In this document: in pieces, positions 1 through 22,280 of the stretch | Layout: each line of letters opens with the position of its first letter | How positions within the stretch are numbered: position 1 is the first letter of the stretch | Origin: the human T2T-CHM13v2.0 reference genome, Homo sapiens | Direction: 5' to 3' (one strand) | Length of the DNA stretch: 64,000 nt | Assembly (NCBI RefSeq): GCF_009914755.1 | Contig: NC_060932.1 | Position numbers and translations under genes: made by a program | Notes under the pieces: model-generated | Told to the model about the DNA's origin: nothing | The model's input: the letters and a program-made list of their open reading frames with translations, nothing else | Database searches by the model: none

Positions 1-110
1 TGGGTCCAGGAGTTTGAGGCTGCAGTGAGTTATGATTGTGCCAATGCATTCCAGCCCGGGCAACAGAGCGAGAACTTGTCTCAACAAAACAAAACAAAAC
101 AAAACAAAAA
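1..110 (+). mobile_element. Alu 3' end (old, AluJ-like) with (CAAAA)n tail
   Basis: Alu right-arm sequence. Confidence 0.85.
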
Positions 111-1675
111 GATGCTAGGCTTGAAACCACTAGAGACAGATACAACATGGCCACTAGCTTCAAAACAAAAGAGCACTAATACCACCTTATGTGATATATG
201 CACCTCAAATGGAAAAATAAGCACAGGCTTATTAAGTGCAACCTTCACTTCTATAATTTATTACTATGCAAGCTAATCTAAAATGAGAAACTCTGAATGC
301 AATAAGATTTTGGGGAAAAAGTCAAAGATTAGATTTAAAGCCACAGTAATTCGAAAGTTAGGTTAACAAAAACCTTACTAATCCCAGACTAATTTGGCTT
401 GAACTAGATATATATCTAAACTGAAAATACTTTTAAATGCAGTTTTATTACTTGAATCAACAAATATTAAACTGAGTTTCCTCTGTTTTTAAAAGGAAAG
501 TACTAAGGATAGTTACTGGATTATACTAAAAACAAAAACAAAAAAACCCATTAAAAGTGCTTGAAAATATTCGACTATGTTGAAATAAGTAACATTTTCC
601 TGCAATCTTACAGTATTTATTTGTTTAGAAACCACTTTTTCATAGGTATCACCAAGGTAAACTCCACCCATCACAAACAAAGGCTTATTGTCAATTCTGT
701 ATTGGATAGAATGTGAAATAATGAGTTGTGCTAAACTGCTAATCATAAACATCCACTTCTCAGTTTACTCCCTCAGATAATAGGAAAACTATTAAGTATC
801 AAGCAACGAGCTGCTAATTGCCCAAATCTTTTGATACACAGTATAAAATACTAATTTTTGTGATTTCAATCTATATTGTTTCACAATCATTCAAGTCTGT
901 TTCAAAAGCACTTAAGGGTCTTTAGGTAAGGATTACCCTACTTTTAACTTGAAATTTAAGGCTTTCTGAGGAAAAGAGGGCTGTAGGAGTCTTTTAACAG
1001 AGCCATATTCCTGGGTTCAGTCAAACTGAACCAATTGCTAGCTTTGAGACAGTAGGCAAGTTATTTAACAGAGTTCTCTCTGCCCATCTGTAAAATGAGG
1101 ATAAGGATCCATCTACCTTCTAGGAATGTTGCAAAAATGACTCAATGCACATAAAGCACTTACAACAGAGCTTGGCATGGATTTTTGAAAAAAAAATTTT
1201 ATACATGGATTTTTTAAAAAAAAGAAAATATACATATAATATATATATTTTATATGTAAGCTATATAAAGTAATGATGAAGGAGAATTCCTAGTTAAACC
1301 ACCTGGCCATGGTAGATAGAAAATCTGTTCTGGGGCTCTGGGGCTTTAGGTCCCCTTGCTACCTATTTCAGGTAGACAGGGAACTTGCAGGGTATGCCTG
1401 AAAGGACCCTCAAAATGACAGTGGAGAGCCGCCAGCTTCACTGTGAATAATTTCAAGTCCATTCTCAAGACTCCTGCCTTTTCACTATCAGGTCTCTGAG
1501 CATCTATAAGAGGCACTTGAAGGGCAGATGCCCACGTGTGTGGTGGAAGACAATACTTGATACCAATTTTCCAAGAGACGTGGAAATCAAGAATATGTTT
1601 TCTAATTTGTAATAGTTTTGCTGTAAATGGGTATGATCTGTTTCCAAACAGATAAACTAAGAAGTGGTCACTTTT

Positions 1676-2011
<336 letters not shown>

Positions 2012-2677
2012 TTAAGAGATAAAATATTTATAAGAGGATCTAGTTGCACTTGGCTATAAGAACCCAGCAGGTGACTACTTCCACAGGTCTCTTGATAAAC
2101 GTACATGATTGTATCCTTAGGTACTAAGTATTTCATTTAAAAAGTACTAAAAAAATGAGTGTTCGTTTTCAAAGTAGCTGTGATAAGCAAAAAACAAACA
2201 AAAAACCCCACCAAAAAAACCATAAAACCAAACCCAGAAGGATCAACAACTCAGCTCTCAGAACTGTAATAGCCCAATAATTACAATAATCCAAGAGACC
2301 ATTCTGAGAAATACCAGAGACCAGTTCCTTCATAATACAGGGGGATGGTTCGCAAAAGAGGAGTGGACAAACAGTACTGGGATAGTCATGGTTGATTGTA
2401 GACTGCGAAATAAAAGCCAATTATCCATTTTAGACATTAATGCTTTCATTTTAAGAGTTGGTTTCTTCTTTTTGACATTATATTCTTGCCTCTCCAATTG
2501 CCAGGACAGGATTCATTTCCCACTTCTTTGACTCAGATCTGTTTTTTAAAAATGCTCTTTGAAAACAACTGAAAATTATCCTTTTTAGTTTCCCAAACTA
2601 AGAACCTTTTATGTAAACCATAAAGAACAGCTCTGGATAGATCCAGATTTCTTTACGGCTTAAAAAAAAAAACTTGA

Positions 2678-2979
<302 letters not shown>

Positions 2980-3989
2980 CAAAAAACTCTTTTTCAATAA
3001 GATGGATAAAAATGTAAAAGGGCAACATATTTATAAGGTCCAACCAACACTGTGACTTTGAAAAAGAAAATTCTTGCCCTTCTTATTTAAAATTATTAAA
3101 GTAATAAGCAGCTAGTTAGACAAAGAGCATTCAAGTTGTTCATACACAGCAGATCAGAACTATGCATTCCCAAATCACAACATCAGATTAGTAGTCACTG
3201 TTCTTTGTATCAACTTTAAATACACCATTTCTTCTCATAAGAGTGTTGTGGTGGTCAGTGCTCAGGAAAAATCATTAAGATAAGGAACGAATAACACAAA
3301 ACACCCCTCAAACAGTATCCAACAGAGTATCTCTGAGATCATTTACTAAAGTAATCTCTCTCAAAACCACTTTTATGCTTAAACTAATCCTAGGCACTGA
3401 AAAAACAGGAAGAATAAATCACATTTAACTTGCCATTCTTTAGAATGCTGGACAATTCTGAGATGCATGGAGGAAAAAAAGTATTAAAAATAGCCAAGAG
3501 AAGGATTAGACAGCAGCTAAAACACAAAGGCCAGGGGTGAGATCAAAATTAGAAACATATAACGTCTGGAGAACTGTCCATATAAGGGCATCCTCATATC
3601 AGTAACTCAGTTGGAACAATCCACTGGGCAGAATTAACAGCTGCCACCATCACAGTGGCTGCCTCTCCACCTCTCATTCAGAAACCGCTGGAGTCTTGGG
3701 AGACACATATGACATGACTTTATGCTGTTATATTCAGACAGTCAATGTTTGGGGGTATTTTAAAAGCTGGTCTTAACTTTCCTCGTCCTAGATGATAAAC
3801 TTCATATATTTTGATCTTGCCTTTTTATACAGGTATGAAAAAGCAATACAAGAGGATAAAACTTTGCTGAGCACTTTTAACCACTCCTATACCACATTGA
3901 CTTGCATTCCCCAACCCCATAGATTTCCTGACTCCCCTGAGCAGGCGGCTGGTTGTACATTCTCATGTGTTCATTTATCCATCAGGCTC

Positions 3990-5780
<1,791 letters not shown>

Positions 5781-7549
5781 GGTATGGTAACAGAATATAG
5801 TATTTCTGAGTTCTCTCCAGGTGCCGGCGCTGTGCTGAGTGCTTACTCACAATGGCAAAAGTCTATCACTATCTTTCTTCTGCAAGTGAGAGAACAGACC
5901 TAGGAAACCAGGGTCACACAGCCACTAAGTGCTGAAGCCAGATTTGAATCCACGAGGCTACCTTCCTAACCTCTAACCCACCCCTTCCCCGCACTCTAAA
6001 AAGTAGAAATCCCGGGGTCATAAGTGACTGTAACCCCCACCCCAACAGTTCTAAGACTGCTAGTGTGTCTTAGAACAGGGGTCTAAGATACAGGGTTTTT
6101 TAAACAAAGTTTTATATAAAAATGTTTGACAATATTTATGTATTTCCACAGCTTCAAGGATTTTTATATTGTTTCAATTATCAAAGAGTCATAAGGGATA
6201 GCTTAGTCTCAACCAACAAATATTGGCAGTGCACTTCCACAGGTCGGTATGCAAGCTTGGGTGCAAACCATGGGCATGACACAGCATGACACCAGTGCCA
6301 CACAGAGCTGCTATGCAAGTCAGAAGCCAGGACAACTAGTCTAGTGGAGACTGTGCTTCCTGAAGCCATAGCGAGGGCAGGAAGTGATGAAATTTCCTTT
6401 TTTAATCATTTTTGTAATTTGGAAAACTGTGATTCTTCTCCTCTCTAAAGTAACCAAAATGAAATCTTAAACACTATCCTACAAGTCCAGACTAGTTACT
6501 TCAGGTGGAACAGCAGAGTAACTTACGCACTGCAGTTTCAGATAAAAATCGGTTATTTTTCAATTCTCAGCACCTTTGAAATACCTGTACTGACAATCAC
6601 GTAGCCTTTGAGTCAAAAGCACTCCTTCCATAAAAGTACTTTTAAAGGGAATACAATATTATCCTAGAATTTTTTCCTGTTTTAGAATTAAGGTACCTAA
6701 GAGAAGAAATATAAAACTCCAGTTAAGAACTTCTGAAGTCCTGTTTTATAACCTCTGGAGCTCAGACTTGTCCATGGCTTGGCTTGAAGGGTTCCCCAAC
6801 CTGGGAGGTCATTGCTCTCTAGGGCAGCGCATCCTATTGCTGGAGAGCTCTCACCACCACAAGATTCTGTCTTAGACCAAGTAAAAATCCTTTGCCTTAT
6901 AATCTCTACTCATTCATTCAGTTACTGAGCACAGAAGAGCTACATACCATCCTCTGGTCTTCCTATTCCCTGATCTATAAGGGCTGCTACCACTTTCCTT
7001 TTATACCATCCTTCAGATCCAACAACCAAACTCCTTTAGCAGCAGTTCCTGATATGACTTCCTTTCTCCATCCACCACTAGTCCTGCCTCCCTCGTTTGC
7101 CAATGTCTCACCTAAACTGTGGTTCAGAGACTTAAACACAATTCATCAACGGTGCTCTAACTAACCCACAAAACAGGACAACAGACTCGATGTAATCTAG
7201 GCACCCATCAGTGCAACCTGAGCTTGCTGTTTTTAGCAGCCACATCACAGAGATGCCTCACATAAGCCTGTGCCTCAATAAACTCTGAGCTACTTTTCAT
7301 CTCGTGCACTTGAGACCGTCCACCACCCCCCAAGCATTTCTCAACTCCTGCAGATCATTTATCCTTAGTATCTCATGTTGCTGATTTTAGAACATTATTA
7401 CAACCTATTCAGATCATTCTGAAACTAGAATCTGCTATCTATAGTATTAGTCATCTCTCCTAATTTTATGTGACCTGGAAATTAGATAAACTTACTTTGA
7501 TCCAGGTCTTTACAGAAAGAGGATACTGTGATTTAAAATGTGCTATTCA

Positions 7550-7745
7550 GGCTGGGCGAGGTGGCTCATGCCTGTAATCCCAGCACTTTGGGAGGGTGAG
7601 GTGGGAGGATCACCTGAACCTGGGAAGTTGAGGCCGCAGTGGGCCGTGTTCGTGCCACTGCACTCCAGCCTGGGCAACTGTAGTGAGATCCTGTCTCAAA
7701 AAAAAAAAAAAACAATAATAAAATAAATAAATAAGTAATAAATAA
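7550..7745 (+). mobile_element. Monomeric Alu (FRAM-like or internally deleted AluJ)
   Basis: Left-arm start fused to right-arm end; TSD aaaatgtgctatt. Confidence 0.85.
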
Positions 7746-8188
7746 AAATGTGCTATTGATGGGAACTTAGAGTACCTTACAGGTTTTTTAGGCTTAGTAA
7801 TATTCTCTAATTGACAATATATTATCAATTTTTAGCCATATCTGCAGCAAGAGCCCCTTTGAAAATCTGATGAAAGCCATAAAATGTACAAGTGTACACA
7901 ATTTTGCCATCAATACCATGTGGTTCATGGACCTCCATGAAGCCCACCATGGTCCTTCTGTTGAGGAGCCCCATCCTAGGGATTCTAGGGCCTCTGGAAA
8001 ACATTCTGGTTGCCAGGATTCATTAGTATCCAAATATTCCTAAAATAGTTGATTATCCTATTAATGCCCAACTTAATATCCAGAAGGAGTCAATTAACTG
8101 GAAGTCAACTGACACTAACTCATTTATTCTAACAGAGAAGACATCCAGAAACTAAGAAATCTGACCAAAACCAAATCATGGATTATAA

Positions 8189-8570
<382 letters not shown>

Positions 8571-9494
8571 AACTTTTTTTAAAGAAAGGAAACATCCTGA
8601 ATGTCCCTTCAATGTCCATTCACAGGGAAATGGTTGACTATATTATTTTACATAAAGCCATACCAAATGGCTATTCATATTTTATTCATAATGGCTATCA
8701 AATTTTATTCACATTTTTGAAACAAGAGTTAAATCTATATCTATTGACCTGGAGGCATATCTATGATATATTGAGGAGGAAAATCCGGCTTCAGAATCAT
8801 GTTCAGAGTTTGAGCCTATTTAAAAAACAAAAATCTAACAAACCCTATGTCATTATACATGCTTTGGAGTACAGAAACAGGTGGGGAGGAATTCACATCA
8901 GGCTATGAACATGGGTGGGACATTAACTCTTGTTTTTTATTCATCCGTGTATACTTTCACTTGTTACAAGTAAATAGTTTTACAAAGTAAAGAATTAAGC
9001 TAGAAAAAGAGAAGAATGTGGCCCACAATAGGCCCTGTCAGTACTCAAGATGGCTCAGCCCCACACTCCACACAGGTTTTCTAGATGCTCAATTTCCCAA
9101 AAAGTTTCCCACCCATCCCACTTCAAAGTAGATGAAGCCCACTTTCCTTTTTGACTACTCAGTGATTCTGAATTTCTCACTGTTTTGGGTATTTGATTCC
9201 ACTGCATAAGCACTATTCTGCTGTACATATTAAAGCTGTGACCTGAAGTTTAAATGTGTCCACCATTCACAAGGGTGATTTTCCCCATCCTCAGGAAAAT
9301 ACTAATCTCAGCAGAGCCATAAATAAAAGCTATGTGGAACGCACAGTAGTCTAATGCACAGAGGACAGATGCAGGCACTGTACTCAAACTGTAAGGTGCT
9401 GAAATTTGAGCACAGACGCTGTTCCTGTTAGTTCAGTGGTTCTCAGTCTTGGCTTAACAGAAGTATCACCTTGGCAGCATTTTTAAAAAATACT

Positions 9495-9864
<370 letters not shown>

Positions 9865-10297
9865 TTAAAGCTACCTAGATATTTTGAATATGCAGTTGGG
9901 GTCAAGAACTACTGCTTTTTATATTTCACTCTTTTCCTTCTCTTTTTCTAACTTCTTACAAAGAGCACTTCCTTTATCAGGTATGTAAAGGCTAGCCAGA
10001 TACATCTGGGAAGGCCAAAACCTATGGACCAGCCCCTGCCTGTCTCCCATCCATAACCTGGAATGTCTTTATGTTGGCTTTTGATGCCCAACTTAAAGTG
10101 ACTTAAATTTATGGCTGTCATAGTTAGAAGCCCCTCACATGTCAAAAGAATATTTGTAGCCTCACTCTGATAATTTATCATGTATAATTAGCCTGGAAGA
10201 CAATGATTTTATAAAACATATTAGGACCCCAAACATTTTGGAAAACAAAAGTGCCAGTGGTGCTCTACCAATCAGTTGAAATGTTGCCGGACATTAG

Positions 10298-11318
<1,021 letters not shown>

Positions 11319-12453
11319 TTGCATATTTTAACAGTATGTGAACAAACAGAGGCTATTATAGCATAAATTCAATGCAAGTAAATGGGTATTTAAAAGGAAA
11401 TTTGCTGTTCTGGTTATAAAGTTTTTGAGACAGGGCTAGTATCTCACTTAATTTTAAAGATCAAGTGAAACCCCAAGAAAAGACAATATTTAAAACATCA
11501 AGAGTATTAATCATCCTTTTAAGTCATCAACAGTCAAGTAATCCACTTAATGTGCTGCTTGAAGAAAATAGAATAAGCACTGTCCATTCTGCCTTTAGGT
11601 TCATCTCTGATATCAGGGGTATTCTTTCCTCTGAAGTCATCTTCTTAAAAACAAATGCAAAATCAACATGTTGGTTTTCTTAGAAGCTTTGTAAAGTCCC
11701 AATGCAGGAAATTACACGTAAGAATGTTACTTGACCTTCAGAAATCCCTCACAGAAGATCTGAGTGGAACAGCTCCACCACCACATTCCCATCCGTGGCT
11801 TCGGCTAGTGGCGAAATCTGAAAAATAATTCTTCTTGTGATATGTCCTTGGAATTTCTTCCTCACGTACAAAGCTTAAGAGTTAATTAAGGTAAAAAAGC
11901 AACAATATATAGTTAGAGATCGGCCATACAGTCATTATCAATCTTTCGGCCTCGAAGAACTCAAATAGGAGATTATTTCTTCCAACTAAGACCCTCAGAC
12001 AGCAGATTTTGATAAAAGCTGTAACCCAGGCCATTCTGCTGGTGGACAGAATCTCTCCCTAATTGCTGGGAGAGTATACCAAGGAACTGTATTTTCACTA
12101 AAGCCACATTTTAATTCATGATAAACACAACTTCTGGAAATTTTTACAACTAAATATTCTTAAATAGAAAGGCTTTTAAGATATGAAAATGGTATTATGG
12201 TTATGCTTTGAAAAAAGTTTTTTCCTTTTGAATATACTGAAATATTTATAGTGATTTAATATGTGGGATTTACTTCAAAATAACATGGTGGTGGGGGGAG
12301 TGGGTAGAAGTTTTAACACGATTGGCCACAAATTTATAAAGCTGGGTGGTGGGGACATGATTAATTACACTATTTTGTCTTCTTTAAGCTTAAAAATTTC
12401 CAACATAAAAAATTGTGCATATCCTTGCATGAGATATAAAATATACCCATGCA

Positions 12454-12775
<322 letters not shown>

Positions 12776-13247
12776 ATACCCATGTAACAAGAAATTCTGA
12801 GACTGAGGCAGAAATCCAGATTCTTAAATGCTTTTGCTACTGCATAATCCCAGGCAAATCATCTCACCTAATAAAAAGTTTCCTATTTCTAAAATCCACT
12901 GCTAAAGCATGATGATTTCTAAGGTTGCTTCCAGGTCTAATATTTTTACTCTGAGAATGCTGTTTTGTTTTTTTCTGAATTGAGTTTTAGTTCATCTTTT
13001 GTTAGCTGTCTACAGTAGCTGACTCTATATTGAAAAGGCACAGGTGTCTCAGACAAGTGTGATCTCAAAGCAGCTCTTTAGGACTGCTGGTGCCACACCC
13101 ACCATCATCCCTCACTAAAGGAAATACAGAAAAAGGAAGGGAGGCAACTCTGGTGACAGATACACCTCTATTTTTCGTGAGAATGCTCACGCCTCTGAAA
13201 TCTGCTTACGTATTATTAAGAGTCACATATCACATGAAATGTAAAAT

Positions 13248-15970
<2,723 letters not shown>

Positions 15971-16127
15971 ATTACCTGATTTTCTATTACCACTAAGCAC
16001 TGATTGCTCTTAACACTGAACCTCATTACTTCTACAACCAGGAACAAAGATATGTTATTTTGGAAAAGGTGTATACCACAGGATATTGATAGAGTACTCC
16101 TTAGCTCAAAAGAATGTGCATTTATAT

Positions 16128-17219
<1,092 letters not shown>

Positions 17220-18658
17220 CATTTCCTCATTTTTTTAAATGTAATAAATAAGAAATTTTAAAATTAAAAGAATTTTGAAAAAAATAAAATGTAATACAAC
17301 CAATCTGGAGGACTACCCCAACATCTATTTATTTACTTATAATCACATATTCTATGAGTATATTACAGAAAATATGTTTTATCACATCATTTTATTAGAA
17401 AATTACATAATAGCAATGGGTTAATGTATGTCAAGAACCTACTGAGGCTCCATAATGGAAACTGTTACTATTAATAGCATTAGTAAATAGCCAAGAAAAA
17501 CTAAACACTGTCAGGAAAAGCTCAGTTTCTCAAAAAACATAATAGGGAACCATGAAAGACAAAACCAGTACCTCAGCTCATCCTACATCTCAGCAATGCC
17601 TCAGACATTTCTGCTAACAAGACATACATTATGAAGATTACACATGCTCTTGTTCACATGCCCACAGGACTACTGAGAATCTTCCAGAGAACACAAATGA
17701 AAGCCACTTTTCTAATCATCACCAGCTTAAACTAAGCTTTGGATATTAATGCACCAAGTCTCCCTGTCTATGGGAATGCAGTTTTCCTCTCTCTGAATCG
17801 ATACAAAATAATACTAATCATAAAATATACACTAAACTTATTTAAACCTTTTGATTATAAGTGAAATAACTTTTAAAAAAGAAACTTTAGATACAGTATA
17901 TATTTTGATCTTTATCAAAATCCTGGGCTGGCAGTTCTATCCAAATACCAACATTTTAAAATTACCCCAGCTACAATCCTCATAACGCACAAAATCACAA
18001 TCTGATGGACAAGTTTAATCATGCAATGAGTATGTGATTTTTTTTTTCCAAGCCAAACAACCTGGGTCAAAAGAATGAATTTTTTCAGGTGAAAAATTTA
18101 CCCAACCTAATTTATCAGATGGTATACAGGCCAGAGACCCATATTTTAAAGAGCTGATAATTTAGGAAGATAATAAACCATAAACAAAATTCAAATCACT
18201 GTGCCATATTTTTTCTACATTAGAAATGCAGGAAGTTAATTTAAACAGCAACTTTTAAAAAAGCAAAAAAGTTAACTTTGTCCAAGTCTCCAAAACAGAT
18301 ATTATTCAGGAAATATACTCAGGTTGGTATTAAATATATATAACCCAGTGTTGGGATTACAACTATAAAAAGACTTAGTAATATTCTAACATACTCCAAA
18401 ACTTCTGTATCCATAAATTTTACTCAAATCTTCCCAAAAGTAGTCATTGCGAAGACCTACTCCAATAATGTTGACATGCTTCTTCTTGAACAGGCTTCAG
18501 AAACCTGTGGCACATTTTGGTCAAATATGCTCAACTGTTGCAAATTTTGAGAATGGCTTTATGGAAGACACAAAAGTCACTAAAAAAGACATCTGGTAAA
18601 CTGATCAGGCTAAATAAACTTCTTTTAACTAAAAAAAGGGTGAGGTGACTAACTATAA

Positions 18659-18972
<314 letters not shown>

Positions 18973-19713
18973 GACTCTCCCTATTAATCAGTTCTCCTGT
19001 AATAGCTGCTACACACATATATTTTAGCATCTGCCACACTGTACTGCTATCATTCACGTATTAATATTCCCTATTCAACTGTGAGCCTCCAGAGAGAAAG
19101 GACCATACCTTATTCATCTCTATAGTTCCAGAACACAGGCTGGACCTAGCACATCTACATAAGTTCCTTGTTAGTAGCCTAATTGTGGCTTTGCGGCCAT
19201 TCTTTACTAACTGCTCAGGGATGGTGAATATTACAGGACCATTAATGGACTCTTAGCCATTCTTTTAGCTCTAAGATACCCAAACAACCACCCTCACAAT
19301 TAAGGCAGGCTCAGCAGAAAGAATCTTCAATACAATCAACCCCTCTTTGTAGGGCTGTTCTTATATCTTAAACACCATGAATGTGATATATAAGGGTTTT
19401 TAAGTTGAAAAACTGCACTCACATCAGTCTACCTCCAGCAGTTCACATATATTATAATAATTAAATGACAGGACAGCACCATATTCATAGAATATAGAAG
19501 AATAAAGGAAAAATATGAGACAATGTGAGTCAACAGCATAATACAAAGTTTTGCCAAAAGCTCCATTTTCACAATGCTACAACTACAGGGTCCAGAGGGG
19601 TAAGACCACACAATTTATGAGCTTTCCCACACAAGAAACGAAAAGGGTTGGTTGTTAATGGCATTCTGACACTATTACAGTATAATTACAAAATGACACA
19701 GGTTAATATTTAA

Positions 19714-20078
<365 letters not shown>

Positions 20079-21284
20079 GTCTCTGTCTGCTTTGTTAACT
20101 ACTGAAGGTCTTAAAACTTAAAGGAGAATGTAAACTACAAATGACCCAATACTAAAGCTAGTTAACGGAAGTACTGATACTTTTTATTCTTTTCAGGGAC
20201 CGTTTATCTAAAAAATGTTAAGGCTTATGCTTTCAGATCTCAGTCCAATTTCTAGAAATTAACAATGAGTCCTTTTATAGCACTTACCTTTCTCTTCCTG
20301 CCTTCCCCACCTCCACCCCAAACTTGCTTTGGGTGTTCTTTAATCTTTCAAGGGAGTGATAAATGTCACAAACTCTTAAATAAAGGGCTGAAATGGCAGC
20401 GTATGACTGTTTTGACTGTCTTTAAAGTAGTATTAGTCTTCTAGAATACTAATCTAATTCTTAGAAACAGAAAACAGAGGAAGCTCAATGTTCGAAGGGA
20501 AGTTAATAATAATTGATTCATCCTGGCTACCCAGGAAATGCACAGTAAGGATGTGTGTTCTATGTAAAGGCAGACAACAAATCCATCTAGTAATACCTAT
20601 TAATAGAAAAAGAGCTCAAGGACCAAGTGCACAAGGACTAACAAGCACAGGAAGAAAACAAAATAAATGTGGAGACGAGAAGGAACCAGAGCTAGATAAG
20701 ACACACGGGAGACCAAGGCGGTGGAGAAGAACAAAGCAGGACTGACCGGGCTGAGTGGAACGTAAGTGGACCACAGGCGAGGGTGAAGTGGCAGGTGCGC
20801 AGGCGGGAGGGCTAACAGCAGCAAAAGACGAGGTGGCCCAGAGGAAGGCACACCCAAGTCCACAGAGGACGGAAAGACTAGGCTGAATCATGGAGAAGGG
20901 AGGGAGTAGGCAAAATACAAGAAACTAAATAAGAAATTCTGGACCGAAGAGGAAAAATATAAAAGTGGGACCAAGTGATAAACAGGGCAGAAGGAAGCTA
21001 AAAGAATGATGCAGAACAGGCCTATCAGGGAAAGAAACACTATTTTCAAAATGATGTATGGAATTTTGCTTCATTAAATTAAAAATATGTTCCTTTGTTT
21101 ATATTTCTCCCTGCTGGTTAAGACTTCATTCATAAAAGCAAAAATTGTCCTCAATTTACAGAAGAAAAAATTGTTGATGAGGTTAACTGACTTAGCCATA
21201 ACAGCTGAAAACAATGACATGCACTTACGGCAAGTGCTCTTCGTTCTAATCAACAAACTACTTATTAAAAAAATGTGCCTATTG

Positions 21285-22280
<996 letters not shown>

